Source: an uncultured Actinomycetota bacterium
GTDB lineage: Bacteria; Actinomycetota; Actinomycetes; JACCUZ01
Direction: 5' to 3'
Assembly: GCA_963839955.1 (NCBI GenBank)
Contig: CAWIXB010000001.1
Coordinates: 3,672,248-3,736,247 of the forward strand
DNA: 64,000 bases
Positions within the stretch are counted from its first letter, which is position 1. Every line of letters begins with the position of its first letter. This document shows, piece after piece, positions 33,194 to 42,677 of the stretch. The translations under genes were made by a program, and so were the position numbers. The notes below the pieces were generated by a model that was given only the letters and a program-made list of their open reading frames with translations, was not told where the DNA came from and searched no databases.

Positions 33194-35311
33194 TCAATCC
33201 GTATGGACCAAAAGTGCCAGCACCTTCCAGTACACGCCCTCGATGTTCGAGATCCGCAGGTCCACGTCGCGACCCGCGTCGGTGCCGTCCAGGGTGATCT
33301 GCTCCCACCAGTACTCCCCCGTCCCGACCGAGGGACCGGTGGGCAGCACGACCGAGCCGTCGGCCTCGATCTGGATCCCGGTCGTCGCGTTGTCGTGGTC
33401 GCCGCGCAGCACCGACACCACGTTGCGGCCTGCCGCCAGATGCAGTCTGAGCACTGCAGCGTCGGTGTCGGTCACCATGTCCCGGCGCAGCGGGTCAGGG
33501 CCGGTGCGGTCCCGCGACTCGGGCACGGCGTCGACCCACCCGAAGCCGACGGCGGAGTCCCACCGGCTGCTGGGCGTGAGCCGACGGTACGACGTGAACA
33601 GCGCGCTGGTCGCGGTGCCCGCGTCGAGGGCGAGCCTGCTCTCGGCGCCGTCCGGCGCGACCGCGACCGACGCGCGCGGAGCACCCGACACCGCGAGGCC
33701 GGCGGCCGTCACCCGCGCGGTCAGCGTGACGGTGCGCAGCAGTCCCGGCACGGGCCCACCCGCAGGAGCGACGAGCGGGACGTCGACGACGACACTGCTC
33801 GCCGGTTCCACTGCGCGCGTCACCGTGCTCACAGTCCACCCGTCGGGAGCGTCGACGGTCACCACGACCTCGACAGCCTCCGGCGGCCCTTCGCCGGGAA
33901 CCCGTTCGATGGTGACCCGGGCCGAGTCCTGGCGACCGGCGAGCAGAGCCGGGCCTGCATCGAGGCGGGTGACGCGCAGCGGCCCGGTGTAGCCCGCGCC
34001 CCGGACGTCGGCCTCGTGGTCGGCCGCAATCCGCTGCAACCGGGCCACCACATCGGGGTGCGGTCCGGCGAGGTTGTAGCTCTCCTGGGGGTCGCGACTG
34101 AGGTCGTACAGCTCCGGCAGATTGCGCTGGTCACTGCCTCGCCGTACGACGTGCAGCTTCCACCGCCCTTCGCGCACGGCCGCCAGCCGGTCGCTGAGGT
34201 AGTAGTACACCGGCGGATGGTCGGTCGCACGATGCCCGGCCAGCGCGGCGCCGACGTCGGCTCCGTCCAAGGTCACCGCGGGGTCGGGCGTGACGCCGGC
34301 GAGGGCGCACGCCGTCGGCAGCACGTCCAGCGAGGACACCACGGCGTCCGAGACCTCACCGGCTGGGATGACTCCAGGCCAGCGGGCGATGAACGGCACC
34401 CGCATCCCGCCCTCGAACGCGTCGAACTTGCGACCGCGCAGCCCGCCGACCGAACCTTCGAACCAGGGGCCGTTGTCACTGACCACCGCGACGAGCGTGT
34501 CGCGCTCGAGACCGCGTGTCCGCAACGCGTCGAGGAGCCGGCCCACGTGATGGTCGAGGGACTCGATGGCGTCGCCGTAGAGACCCGCCCGCGACCGACC
34601 GTCGAACGGTGGCTCCACGGCGAGCGGCAGGTGCGGCATGACCTCGGCGAGATAGACGAAGAAGGGCCGGTCCCCCGCCGCGTCGATGGCGGCGATGGCC
34701 TCGTCGGTGAAGCGCCGGCTCAGTGTTGCCAGGTCGGCGTCGCTGTCGACCGAGTCGACCACCTGGCCGTCGCGCCACAGGTCGAAGGGGTAGGTGCCGG
34801 CGGTGTAGACGCCGTTCAGGCCGAAGAACCGGTCGAAGCCGTGGTTGGTCGGCGCGTGCTCCGGTGGGCGGCCGACGTGCCACTTCCCTACGCACGCGGT
34901 CGCGTAGCCCGCGTCCTGCAGGTACTCCGCCACCGTGCGTTCCTCCGCCGGCAGACCCTTGGCGTCCTCCGGGTAGAGGACGTCGGTCAGCCCGGAGCGC
35001 GGCGGCACCCGCCCGGTGAGCAGCGCGGCGCGCGAGGGCGTGCAGACGGGGGCACCCGAGTAGCCCTGCGTGAACCGTGTGCCCTCTGCGGCCAGCCTGT
35101 CGAGGCGCGGCGTGCGCACCAGCGGCGAGCCGTAGCTGCCGAGGTCGCCGTAGCCGAGGTCGTCGAGGTAGACCAGCAGGATGTTCGGTCGGCGGCGGCC
35201 GGCTGTCGCGGCCGCAAGACCAGCGCCCGAGGTGGCGAGACCGAGCCCGGTGCCGAGCAGCGCACCGGCGCCGCCGGCGAGGACGGCGCGGCGGGAGACT
35301 GTCGAAGGCAT
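33194..35311 (-). CDS. Tat-secreted sulfatase with a roughly 250-aa C-terminal extension
   Basis: Twin-arginine signal SRRAVLAGGAG. Exact sulfatase signature PVCTPSRAALLTGR and LVYLDDLGYGDLG. AGGAGG precedes ATG 35311. Confidence 0.85.
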   Translation of the reverse strand: MPSTVSRRAVLAGGAGALLGTGLGLATSGAGLAAATAGRRRPNILLVYLDDLGYGDLGSYGSPLVRTPRLDRLAAEGTRFTQGYSGAPVCTPSRAALLTGRVPPRSGLTDVLYPEDAKGLPAEERTVAEYLQDAGYATACVGKWHVGRPPEHAPTNHGFDRFFGLNGVYTAGTYPFDLWRDGQVVDSVDSDADLATLSRRFTDEAIAAIDAAGDRPFFVYLAEVMPHLPLAVEPPFDGRSRAGLYGDAIESLDHHVGRLLDALRTRGLERDTLVAVVSDNGPWFEGSVGGLRGRKFDAFEGGMRVPFIARWPGVIPAGEVSDAVVSSLDVLPTACALAGVTPDPAVTLDGADVGAALAGHRATDHPPVYYYLSDRLAAVREGRWKLHVVRRGSDQRNLPELYDLSRDPQESYNLAGPHPDVVARLQRIAADHEADVRGAGYTGPLRVTRLDAGPALLAGRQDSARVTIERVPGEGPPEAVEVVVTVDAPDGWTVSTVTRAVEPASSVVVDVPLVAPAGGPVPGLLRTVTLTARVTAAGLAVSGAPRASVAVAPDGAESRLALDAGTATSALFTSYRRLTPSSRWDSAVGFGWVDAVPESRDRTGPDPLRRDMVTDTDAAVLRLHLAAGRNVVSVLRGDHDNATTGIQIEADGSVVLPTGPSVGTGEYWWEQITLDGTDAGRDVDLRISNIEGVYWKVLALLVHTD

Positions 35312-35366
35312 GTCGGATGAACCTCCTGCCCGACGTCGTCGCGTCAGGCGTCCAAGCCCCCCCGGG

Positions 35367-36281
35367 CTACAGCGCGTCGCGCTCGGTCATGGAGAAACGC
35401 AGCTTGGCCATCATGTTCTCGACCTGCGGGCTCAGGCCGCTCTCGTCGAAGAGCTCGTGCACCCGTCCGGCGAGCCCTTCCGGGCTCCACCGGGTGTCAT
35501 GGTTCTGGATCACCGCGACCGAGGTGAACGGCTGGTAGAGCTCGACGGCGTCACCCTGCACGCCGAAGACCTTGCCGCTGATGTCGCCGGCCGCGTCGCT
35601 GCAGAGGTAGGCGACGAGCGGGGCCACGTTGTCGGGGTGCCAGAAGTCGAACTGCTCGTCGCCGTCGGGGCTCATGTCCTTGAAGCTGCCGTAGGCACTC
35701 TCGGTCATCCGGGTGCGCGCGGCGGGGGCGATCGCGTTGCTGCGGACGTCGTAGCGCGCCATCTCCATCGCGACGATCGTCGAGAACGCGGCAATGCCCG
35801 CCTTCGCCGTGCCGTAGTTCGCCTGACCGAAGTTTCCCAGCAGACCCGAAGTCGACGCGGTGCACACGATGCGCCCGCCGCCGCCTGTTTCCTTCCAGTA
35901 CGCGCATGCGTAGTGGGTCGGCAGGAAGTGTCCGCGCAGGTGCACCCTGAGCACCGCATCCCACTCGTCGGCGCTCATCTTCGCGACAGTGCGGTCGCGC
36001 AGGATCCCCGCGTTGTTGACCAGGGCGTCGAGGCGGCCCCAGGTCTCGATCGCGCGGTCGATGAGCGCTCGCGCCGCGTCTTCGTCGGCGCAGTCGCCGG
36101 TGTCGAGGACGGCCTCGCCGCCGGCGTCGACGATCTCCGCGACGACCTGCTCCCCCACCTCGGCGTCGAGCTCGTTGACGACCACCCGGGCGCCCTCGCG
36201 CGCCAGCTCGTGTGCCTCGCCCCGGCCGATGCCCCGGCCGGCGCCGGTGACGACGGCGACCTTCCCACCCAGGAGTGCCAT
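35367..36281 (-). CDS. SDR-family oxidoreductase
   Basis: TGAGRGIGRG, NNAG and YGTAKAG motifs. ATG at 36281. Confidence 0.85.
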   Translation of the reverse strand: MALLGGKVAVVTGAGRGIGRGEAHELAREGARVVVNELDAEVGEQVVAEIVDAGGEAVLDTGDCADEDAARALIDRAIETWGRLDALVNNAGILRDRTVAKMSADEWDAVLRVHLRGHFLPTHYACAYWKETGGGGRIVCTASTSGLLGNFGQANYGTAKAGIAAFSTIVAMEMARYDVRSNAIAPAARTRMTESAYGSFKDMSPDGDEQFDFWHPDNVAPLVAYLCSDAAGDISGKVFGVQGDAVELYQPFTSVAVIQNHDTRWSPEGLAGRVHELFDESGLSPQVENMMAKLRFSMTERDAL

Positions 36282-36291
36282 GCGCGGAACC

Positions 36292-36753
36292 CTAGGGGAC
36301 AGCGCGGCGCAGTGCAGCGGGCAGGTACGCCGCTCCCACACTCTGGTCGGCAGCCCGGTCCGACGGGTTGGAGATGCCACACCGTCGCAGCGAAAGGCAG
36401 CCACAGCCGATACACGAGTCGAGCCCGTCACGCAGGGCCTCGAGCGCGCCGATCTGGTCATCCAGCCGTGATCGCCAGAGTCGCGAGATGCGCGTCCAGT
36501 CCGCCCGGGTCGGTGTCCGCGACGCGGGAAGGGACGCGAGGGCGGCGCGTACTTCGTCCAGGGTGAGCCCCACGTTGCGCGCGGCACGGACGAAGGCAAG
36601 CCGCCGCAACACGTTGCGCTCGTACCGACGCTGCCCTCCGCTGGTCCGGCTGGCGTTGATCAGGCCCTCGCGTTCGTAGAAGCGCAGGGCGGACGCCGCA
36701 AAGCCGCTGCGCTCGGCCACTTGGCCGACGGTGAGCAAGTCCGTCGTGTGCAT
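36292..36753 (-). CDS. soxR: Redox-sensitive MerR-family regulator SoxR
   Basis: MerR HTH LTVGQVAERSGFAASALRFYE and the [2Fe-2S] cysteine cluster CIGCGCLSLRRC. Confidence 0.85.
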   Translation of the reverse strand: MHTTDLLTVGQVAERSGFAASALRFYEREGLINASRTSGGQRRYERNVLRRLAFVRAARNVGLTLDEVRAALASLPASRTPTRADWTRISRLWRSRLDDQIGALEALRDGLDSCIGCGCLSLRRCGISNPSDRAADQSVGAAYLPAALRRAVP

Positions 36754-36832
36754 CCACACAGCCTACTTGACTTAAACCTGACTTCAACTTGCACCCTGGC
36801 AGCACTTCATTCATCGACCAGGGAGTTCACAC

Positions 36833-37537
36833 ATGCAGGTCGCACTCGTCACCGGAGCCTCGCGCGGACTGGGTCTCGCGCTCGCCCGCGAGCTCGCGCA
36901 CCGGGGCTGGTCCCTCGTGCTCGACGCGCGAAGGGCCGACGACCTCAACCGAGAGGCAGCCGTGCTGAGCCAGATCACCGAGGTCGTCGCGCTGCCCGGC
37001 GACGTGGCCGATCCGGAACATCGTCGCGCCTTGTCGGACGCCGTGACCCGGCTGGGCCGGCTCGACCTGCTGGTCAACAACGCGAGCACGCTCGGGCCGA
37101 GCCCGCTGCCGCCGTTGTCGGTCTACCCGCTCGACCAGCTCGAGGACGTCCTACGGACGAACGTCGTGGGTCCGCTGGGACTCGTCCAGGAGCTGCTCCC
37201 GCTGCTCGTCCGCAGCGATGGGACCGTCGTCCAGCTCAGCTCGGACGCGGCGGTCGAGGCCTACCCCGGCTGGGGCGGGTACGGCGCGTCGAAGGCCGCC
37301 CTCGACCAGGTCACCGCGGTCCTCGCGGCCGAGACGCCGGAGCTGCGCTGCTATGCCTTCGACCCTGGCGACATGCGCACCGAGATGCACCAGCGGGCCT
37401 ATCCGGGAGAGGACATCTCCGACCGGCCGGAGCCCTCCACCGTGGTCCCCGTCCTGTTGCGCCTTCTTGCCGACGCGCCGCCGAGCGGGCGCTACCGCGC
37501 CGGCGAACTCGCCGTAGCAGTCCCGGCGTCGCGATGA
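36833..37537 (+). CDS. SDR-family oxidoreductase
   Basis: Motifs seen: TGASRGLG, NNAS, YGASKAA. Divergent from soxR. Confidence 0.85.
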   Translation: MQVALVTGASRGLGLALARELAHRGWSLVLDARRADDLNREAAVLSQITEVVALPGDVADPEHRRALSDAVTRLGRLDLLVNNASTLGPSPLPPLSVYPLDQLEDVLRTNVVGPLGLVQELLPLLVRSDGTVVQLSSDAAVEAYPGWGGYGASKAALDQVTAVLAAETPELRCYAFDPGDMRTEMHQRAYPGEDISDRPEPSTVVPVLLRLLADAPPSGRYRAGELAVAVPASR

Positions 37538-38586
37538 CGCCGCTGCTGGCCCCGAGCGTCCGCTTCGAGCTTCCCGCCGATCTGGCCGCGACGAGCCCAC
37601 CGGAGCATCGCGGCCTGGCCCGCGACGGCGTGCGGCTGCTCGTGGCCGACGACGCCCGCGTGCGGCACGCGCGCTTCCACGACCTGCCGCAGTTCCTCGC
37701 GCCCGGTGACCTCGTCGTCGTGAACACCTCGGCGACCCTTTCGGCCGCTGTCGACGGCACACGCAGGGGTGGCCCCGTGACCCTGCACTTCTCGACACCG
37801 CTGGACGACGGGACGTGGGTGGTCGAGCTGCGCAGTCCCGACGGGGCGCAGCGGGTGCGCGACGGGCGCTCCGGCGAACGCATCGGGCTGCCCGCCGGAA
37901 CCGTGCTCACGCTGCTCGGGCCTCACTCACCCGGCCTCGACACCGGCGACGTACGCCTGTGGCGCGCCCACGTCGCCGTCGAAGGGTCGGTCGAGTCGTT
38001 CCTGGCCAAGGTCGGCCGTCCCATCAGCTACGGGTACCTCGACGGCCGCTGGCCGATCGAGGACTACCAGACGGTGTTCGCCAGCCACCCGGGCAGCGCC
38101 GAGATGCCCAGTGCCGGTCGCCCGTTCAGCGCCTCGACCGTGGCCGACCTGATCACGGCGGGCGTCCTCGTCGCTCCGGTCACCCTGCACGCCGGCGTCT
38201 CGTCGCTCGAGTCCGGCGAACCACCGCCCGCGGAGCGCTTCCGCGTTCCGCAGGCCACCGCTGACCTCGTCGGCCTGGTGCGGCAACGCGGTGGCCGAGT
38301 GATCGCCGTGGGGACGACGGTCACGCGCGCACTCGAGAGCGTGGCCGGCGACGACGGGTCAGTGCATGCCGCCGAGGGCTGGACAGACCTCGTCCTCGGC
38401 CCCGGCCGCCCGACCCGGGTCATCGATGGCATCGTCACCGGTCTGCACGACCCCGACGCCTCACACCTGCTGCTCCTCGAGGCGGTGGTCGGCGCGGAGA
38501 CCGTGGTCCGGTCGTACGACGAGGCGCTCGCGACGCGCTACCTGTGGCACGAGTTCGGCGACAGCTGCCTCTTGCTGCGTGGGTAG
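37534..38586 (+). CDS. QueA-family (S-adenosylmethionine:tRNA ribosyltransferase-isomerase-like) protein
   Basis: Motifs seen: LVVVNTS, VTLHAGVSS, GGRVIAVGTTVTRALES, VTGLHDPDASHLLLL, WHEFGDSCLL. ATG 37534 overlaps the SDR stop as ATGA. Confidence 0.75.
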   Translation: MTPLLAPSVRFELPADLAATSPPEHRGLARDGVRLLVADDARVRHARFHDLPQFLAPGDLVVVNTSATLSAAVDGTRRGGPVTLHFSTPLDDGTWVVELRSPDGAQRVRDGRSGERIGLPAGTVLTLLGPHSPGLDTGDVRLWRAHVAVEGSVESFLAKVGRPISYGYLDGRWPIEDYQTVFASHPGSAEMPSAGRPFSASTVADLITAGVLVAPVTLHAGVSSLESGEPPPAERFRVPQATADLVGLVRQRGGRVIAVGTTVTRALESVAGDDGSVHAAEGWTDLVLGPGRPTRVIDGIVTGLHDPDASHLLLLEAVVGAETVVRSYDEALATRYLWHEFGDSCLLLRG

Positions 38587-38766
38587 ACGAAGCGGGCGGC
38601 CCGGCAAGGCCCGGATCATCGATACGGCCAGGAATGACGATGCATTTGCCTCAGACAGCCTCGAAAGCTTGCTGAGAAGCCATGGCGTCGTCTTTCTTGT
38701 CCGAATCGCTGATCCGGCCTTGTCGAAACGACGTGCCGTCCACCCCCTCCGCCGTAGCCTTCGGCC

Positions 38767-39969
38767 ATGTCGCGTGCACCCGGGGTGGACAGTGAGGTCG
38801 GTCGCCTGCGCACCGTGCTGCTGCACCGCCCCGGCGACGAGCTCAAGCGGCTGACCCCCCGCAACAACGACAAGCTCCTCTTCGACGGCATCCCCTGGGT
38901 TGGCCGGGCGCAGGACGAGCACGACGCCTTCGCAGCCGCGCTGCGCGACCACGGCGTCGAGGTGCTCTATCTCGCCGAGCTGCTGACCGAGGCACTCGAG
39001 GTGGAGGCGGCGCGCGAGGAGACCATCGCCGCAGTGCTCGCCGACCCGCGCCTCGGCGAGGCGTTGCACCGGGCCGTCGGGGCCCATCTGCGCGGGCTGC
39101 ACCCGGCCGACCTGGCGGCCGTACTCACCGCCGGGCTGGCCCACGAGGAGCTCAGCCCGGTCGGCGGGCTCCCCTACCTGCTGATGGACCGGCACGACTT
39201 CGTCATCGACCCGCTGCCCAACCTGCTCTTCACCCGGGACTCCAGCGTCTGGATCGGCGACCAGGTGGCGGTGACCAGCCTCGCCATGCCGGCCCGGTCG
39301 CGCGAGACCACGCTGACCCGAGCGATCTACCGGCATCACCCACGCTTCGTGGGCACCCGCCACGTCTACAGCCCCGACTTCGAACCGCTCGAAGGCGGTG
39401 ACGTCCTCCTGCTCGCGTCGGGGGTGGTGGCGGTCGGCGTCGGGGAGCGCACCACGCCGGCCGGTGTGGAGCGCCTCGCTCGCGCCGTGTTCCACCAGGG
39501 CCTCGCCTCCACCGTCCTCGCGGTGCCGATCGCCCAGGAGCGGGCGACCATGCACCTGGACACGGTGTGCACGATGGTCGACGTCGACGCTGTGGTGATG
39601 TACCCCAACGTCGCCGACACCCTGTCCGCCTACACCGTCACCGACGGCGAGGCGTTGCACGTCAGCGGGCGCGAGCCGTTCCTGGTGGCCGCGGCGAAGG
39701 CCATGGGCATCGACACGCTGCGGATCATCGACACCGGCCTCGACCCGGTGACGGCGGAGCGGGAGCAGTGGGACGACGGCAACAACACGCTGGCCATCGG
39801 AGCGCGCCTGGCGGTGGCCTACGAGCGCAACACCGAGACCAACGCCCGCCTGGAGGAGGCCGGGATCGAGGTCGTGGCGATCGCCGGGAGCGAGCTGGGC
39901 AGCGGCCGGGGCGGGCCCCGCTGCATGTCCTGTCCGATCAGTCGTGACGGCGCTGGTGCTTCGTCCTGA
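38767..39969 (+). CDS. arcA: Arginine deiminase
   Basis: [25 protein letters not shown] and the catalytic-Cys context [10 protein letters not shown]. Confidence 0.9.
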   Translation: MSRAPGVDSEVGRLRTVLLHRPGDELKRLTPRNNDKLLFDGIPWVGRAQDEHDAFAAALRDHGVEVLYLAELLTEALEVEAAREETIAAVLADPRLGEALHRAVGAHLRGLHPADLAAVLTAGLAHEELSPVGGLPYLLMDRHDFVIDPLPNLLFTRDSSVWIGDQVAVTSLAMPARSRETTLTRAIYRHHPRFVGTRHVYSPDFEPLEGGDVLLLASGVVAVGVGERTTPAGVERLARAVFHQGLASTVLAVPIAQERATMHLDTVCTMVDVDAVVMYPNVADTLSAYTVTDGEALHVSGREPFLVAAAKAMGIDTLRIIDTGLDPVTAEREQWDDGNNTLAIGARLAVAYERNTETNARLEEAGIEVVAIAGSELGSGRGGPRCMSCPISRDGAGASS

Positions 39970-40010
39970 TTTCGTGGCACCAGGGGCCGAATCACCCCGG
40001 AAACAGGGGA

Positions 40011-40050
40011 GCCCGAGCGCGACCGACGGGGGATGCAGTAGCGCTCGGGC
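40011..40050 (+). terminator. Hairpin downstream of arcA (10-bp stem, 20-nt loop)
   Basis: GCCCGAGCGC ... GCGCTCGGGC is a perfect inverted repeat. There is no U-tract, so terminator function is uncertain. Confidence 0.3.
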
Positions 40051-40145
40051 CTGCACTCAACGATATCCGAAATGAGGATCTAGGTACGACGTTCGGTACC
40101 AGTTCGACCGCGCGTCGGCCCCGCTCGCACGCAGCGTGAGAGGGC

Positions 40146-41102
40146 TCAGCGCAGCGTGAGTTGACGGCTACGCAGCCCGTCCCGCGCTCGCCGCTGGTCC
40201 GGCCGCAGCGGGCTCGTCTCGGCGAGCGCCTCGTCCAGGCGAGCGGCGAGCGCCACCGCGGGCTCCTCGACCTCCTCGGCCGACGTACCAGCGGGCAGGT
40301 CCCAGACCGGCACCAGCACCCCGTGGGCGCGGAACGAGCCGATGTAGCGGGTGCCCTCGCCCAGCCGGTCGCCGTCGGCGACATGCAGGCGAGCGAGCGC
40401 GTCGAGCAGGGTGTCCTCGTCGTGGGGCATGACCCACCGCAGGTGCCGGCGATCGCGGATGTCGCACCAGTACGCCGCCTCGACGGAGGCCAGCCGCACG
40501 GTGGGCACGACGGCCTCGTTCGCCCGCTCCATCGAGGCGACCACCTCGGGGCTGCGTTCCTCGCCACTGGCGAACCAGAAGTCGAACCCCTCGTGCACGG
40601 TGACCTCGAGCGGGCGGGTGAGGTCGAGCAGGTCCTGCAGTCGCGGGGCCGGCTTGTCCGCTGCGCCCGCGTCGACCTCGAGCGCGCGCAGCAGCGCCTC
40701 GGCGACGTCGCGGCTCGGATCGCCCGACCCCCCGGGCACCTGGAGGCCGACGAAGACCGTGCCGTCCTCGCGGACCAGCTCCGGCCACGCCATGGGCAGC
40801 ACCGTGGCGAGCGTGACCTCGCGAGCACCGAGATCCTCGGTGACCTGGAGCGCGGCGGTCGCCGCGGGCACGATCTCGCGCAGTGCCACCCAGTCGCACT
40901 CCCCGGGAAGGCCCTCGAAGGGACGGGCGACGAAGGCCTCGGCCACCGCGCCGGCCGCTCGCCCGTGGCACGCCTTGTAGCGGCGCCCCGAGCCGCAGGG
41001 GCACGGCTCGCGCCCGCCGACGACCGGCACCTCGCTGGACGGCCCGGCCGAGGCCTTCGTGGCGGGACCGTTCGAGGGTCGGCGGGCGGTCTTCTTGCCC
41101 AT
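40146..41102 (-). CDS. SEC-C motif / DUF5926-like protein
   Basis: CPCGSGRRYKACHG metal-binding motif near the N-terminus. ATG at 41102. Confidence 0.7.
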   Translation of the reverse strand: MGKKTARRPSNGPATKASAGPSSEVPVVGGREPCPCGSGRRYKACHGRAAGAVAEAFVARPFEGLPGECDWVALREIVPAATAALQVTEDLGAREVTLATVLPMAWPELVREDGTVFVGLQVPGGSGDPSRDVAEALLRALEVDAGAADKPAPRLQDLLDLTRPLEVTVHEGFDFWFASGEERSPEVVASMERANEAVVPTVRLASVEAAYWCDIRDRRHLRWVMPHDEDTLLDALARLHVADGDRLGEGTRYIGSFRAHGVLVPVWDLPAGTSAEEVEEPAVALAARLDEALAETSPLRPDQRRARDGLRSRQLTLR

Positions 41103-41238
41103 GAGGCGGCTCCGTGGGGTGCTGCGCCGCGGGCTGGGAGATTGCCGGCGCAATTCGCGCGAGACTAGCGCGGAGGGTAGGTGGTCCCGTCGGTCATCCG
41201 CTGGTGCCCATGCTGACGGCTTGCCGTGCGCGTTGCGC

Positions 41239-41670
41239 TCAGCCCGCCGTGCTCATGCTCAGCCGGCTGCGCGGCACCTCGGCCCAGACGGTCACCGAGT
41301 CGGCGGCCTCCTTGACGCCCCACTTGCGCGTCACGTGGCGCACGATCTCGAGCCCACGCCCGCCCAGGGCGGACACGGCGGCGACCGCCGCGTGCGGCCG
41401 GGTGGTGGCGCCACCGTCGGTGATCTCGATGTACATGCAGTCATCATCGACCGACCAGCGAACGGAGATCTCGCCGGTGGCCAGCGGAGCCGCGTGCCTG
41501 ATGGCGTTGCTCACCAGCTCGGAGAGCACCAGCACCGCGTCGTCGCTGTCCATGGCGTCGACGCCGCGCTCACGCAGCTCGTCGGCGAAGGCATGCCTGA
41601 CCATGGCAACGCTGGAACGCGAGTGCGGCACGGAAACGTACGACGAGACGCCACGCTGGGCAGTCATCAT
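41239..41670 (-). CDS. ATP-binding anti-sigma factor / RsbW-like serine kinase (HATPase_c_2)
   Basis: LSELVSNAIRHA and DGG...GGRGLEIV motifs. 143 aa. Confidence 0.75.
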   Translation of the reverse strand: MMTAQRGVSSYVSVPHSRSSVAMVRHAFADELRERGVDAMDSDDAVLVLSELVSNAIRHAAPLATGEISVRWSVDDDCMYIEITDGGATTRPHAAVAAVSALGGRGLEIVRHVTRKWGVKEAADSVTVWAEVPRSRLSMSTAG

Positions 41671-41781
41671 GCGTTTCCACTCCTGCCCGGTCGGCGTTTT
41701 TTGGGTATGGATGTCCCGTTCCCGAGAGCGGGGGGCCGAAACAGCATGGGCGCCGCCATCGGGCCTGGCACGAGAGCAATG

Positions 41782-42651
41782 TCACCCGTATGCGCGGCCC
41801 AAGGCGGAAAGCACCCGACGCGGCTTGTTGGTGATGATGGCATCGACCCCGAGCTCCAGGCACAGGTCGATGTCGGCGCGGCTGTCGACCGTCCACACGT
41901 GCGCGAGGTAGCCCTTGCGGTGCAGCCGGTGGATGTAGCCGGGGTCCGCACGGACGATCTCGATGCTCGGCCCGGCCAGGCCGGCAGCGGGCGGTAACGA
42001 TCCGTCACGGAAGCGGAGCGGGAGACGCTCCATGAGCAGCGCCGTCGGCAGCTGGGGCGCGAGCTGGCGTACCCGGCGCAGCGAGAGCTGGGAGAAGCTC
42101 ATCACCCGGGCAGCGGGCGGCCCGTCCGGGCCGGGGCGGGTGAACCCGAACCCGTCGAGCAGCTCGATGAGGCGGCGCTCGACCAGCCCGGCGTACCGCG
42201 TCGGATGCTTGGTCTCGACAGCCACCTCGACCCGGCGACCTGCGTCCGCGACGGTCTCCAGCAGGCGGCGAAGCGTCAACAGCTCGGCGCGGTCGCGGTC
42301 GGGCACCTCCGGCTCCTCGAGGTCTTCCCAGGTGTCCCGCCAGGACCCCCAGTCGAGCTCACTGAGCTCGGCGAGCTCGAGGGTGGACACGACACCACGC
42401 CCGGAGGATGTCCGGTCGATGCGGCGGTCGTGCACGCAGACCAGGTGCCCGTCACGAGTGAGTCGCACGTCGCACTCGAGGGCGTCGGCGCCGTCTTCGA
42501 TGGCTCGGCGGTAGGCGGCCAGGGTGTGTTCGGGCGCCTCGTCGGAGGAGCCGCGATGAGCCACGACCTGGGTCGTCCCGAGGGCGCTCGGGTCCGCTTC
42601 GGCCACGCCACCATCGTGCCACCCGCGGGGTCGTGCCACCGCGCGGCACAC
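41782..42651 (-). CDS. Glycerophosphodiester phosphodiesterase
   Basis: VVAHRGSSDEAPEHTLAAY, ECDVRLTRDGHLVCVHD and HVWTV motifs. GTG 42606 is an alternative start. Confidence 0.85.
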   Translation of the reverse strand: MCRAVARPRGWHDGGVAEADPSALGTTQVVAHRGSSDEAPEHTLAAYRRAIEDGADALECDVRLTRDGHLVCVHDRRIDRTSSGRGVVSTLELAELSELDWGSWRDTWEDLEEPEVPDRDRAELLTLRRLLETVADAGRRVEVAVETKHPTRYAGLVERRLIELLDGFGFTRPGPDGPPAARVMSFSQLSLRRVRQLAPQLPTALLMERLPLRFRDGSLPPAAGLAGPSIEIVRADPGYIHRLHRKGYLAHVWTVDSRADIDLCLELGVDAIITNKPRRVLSALGRAYG

Positions 42652-42677
42652 CGCCAGTGCAAGCCGGCCTCAGTGTC

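Noticed and set aside
36754-36832. A canonical SoxR box (CCTCAAG-N-CTTGAGG type inverted repeat) in the soxR divergent promoter
   Set aside because: I could not find a convincing inverted repeat. There are only direct TGACTTmAAC repeats and a weak TTGA/TCAA symmetry. These are reported as an open question instead.
36721-38586. A single 621-aa ORF spanning the SDR and QueA-like region. Similar N-terminal extensions appear in track ORFs 29646-31724, 14484-16523, 7994-9163, 17317-18630, 20483-23734 and 56285-57082.
   Set aside because: The upstream portions are Arg/Pro-rich and out of frame with real genes. Internal starts with Shine-Dalgarno sequences, or ATGA/GTGA overlaps, give products that begin exactly at the family-typical N-termini.
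38630-38700. An ArgR (ARG box) operator upstream of arcA around AATGACGATGCATT
   Set aside because: There is only a 4+4 nt symmetry and a single ATGCAT core. This is too weak to call without a scoring matrix.
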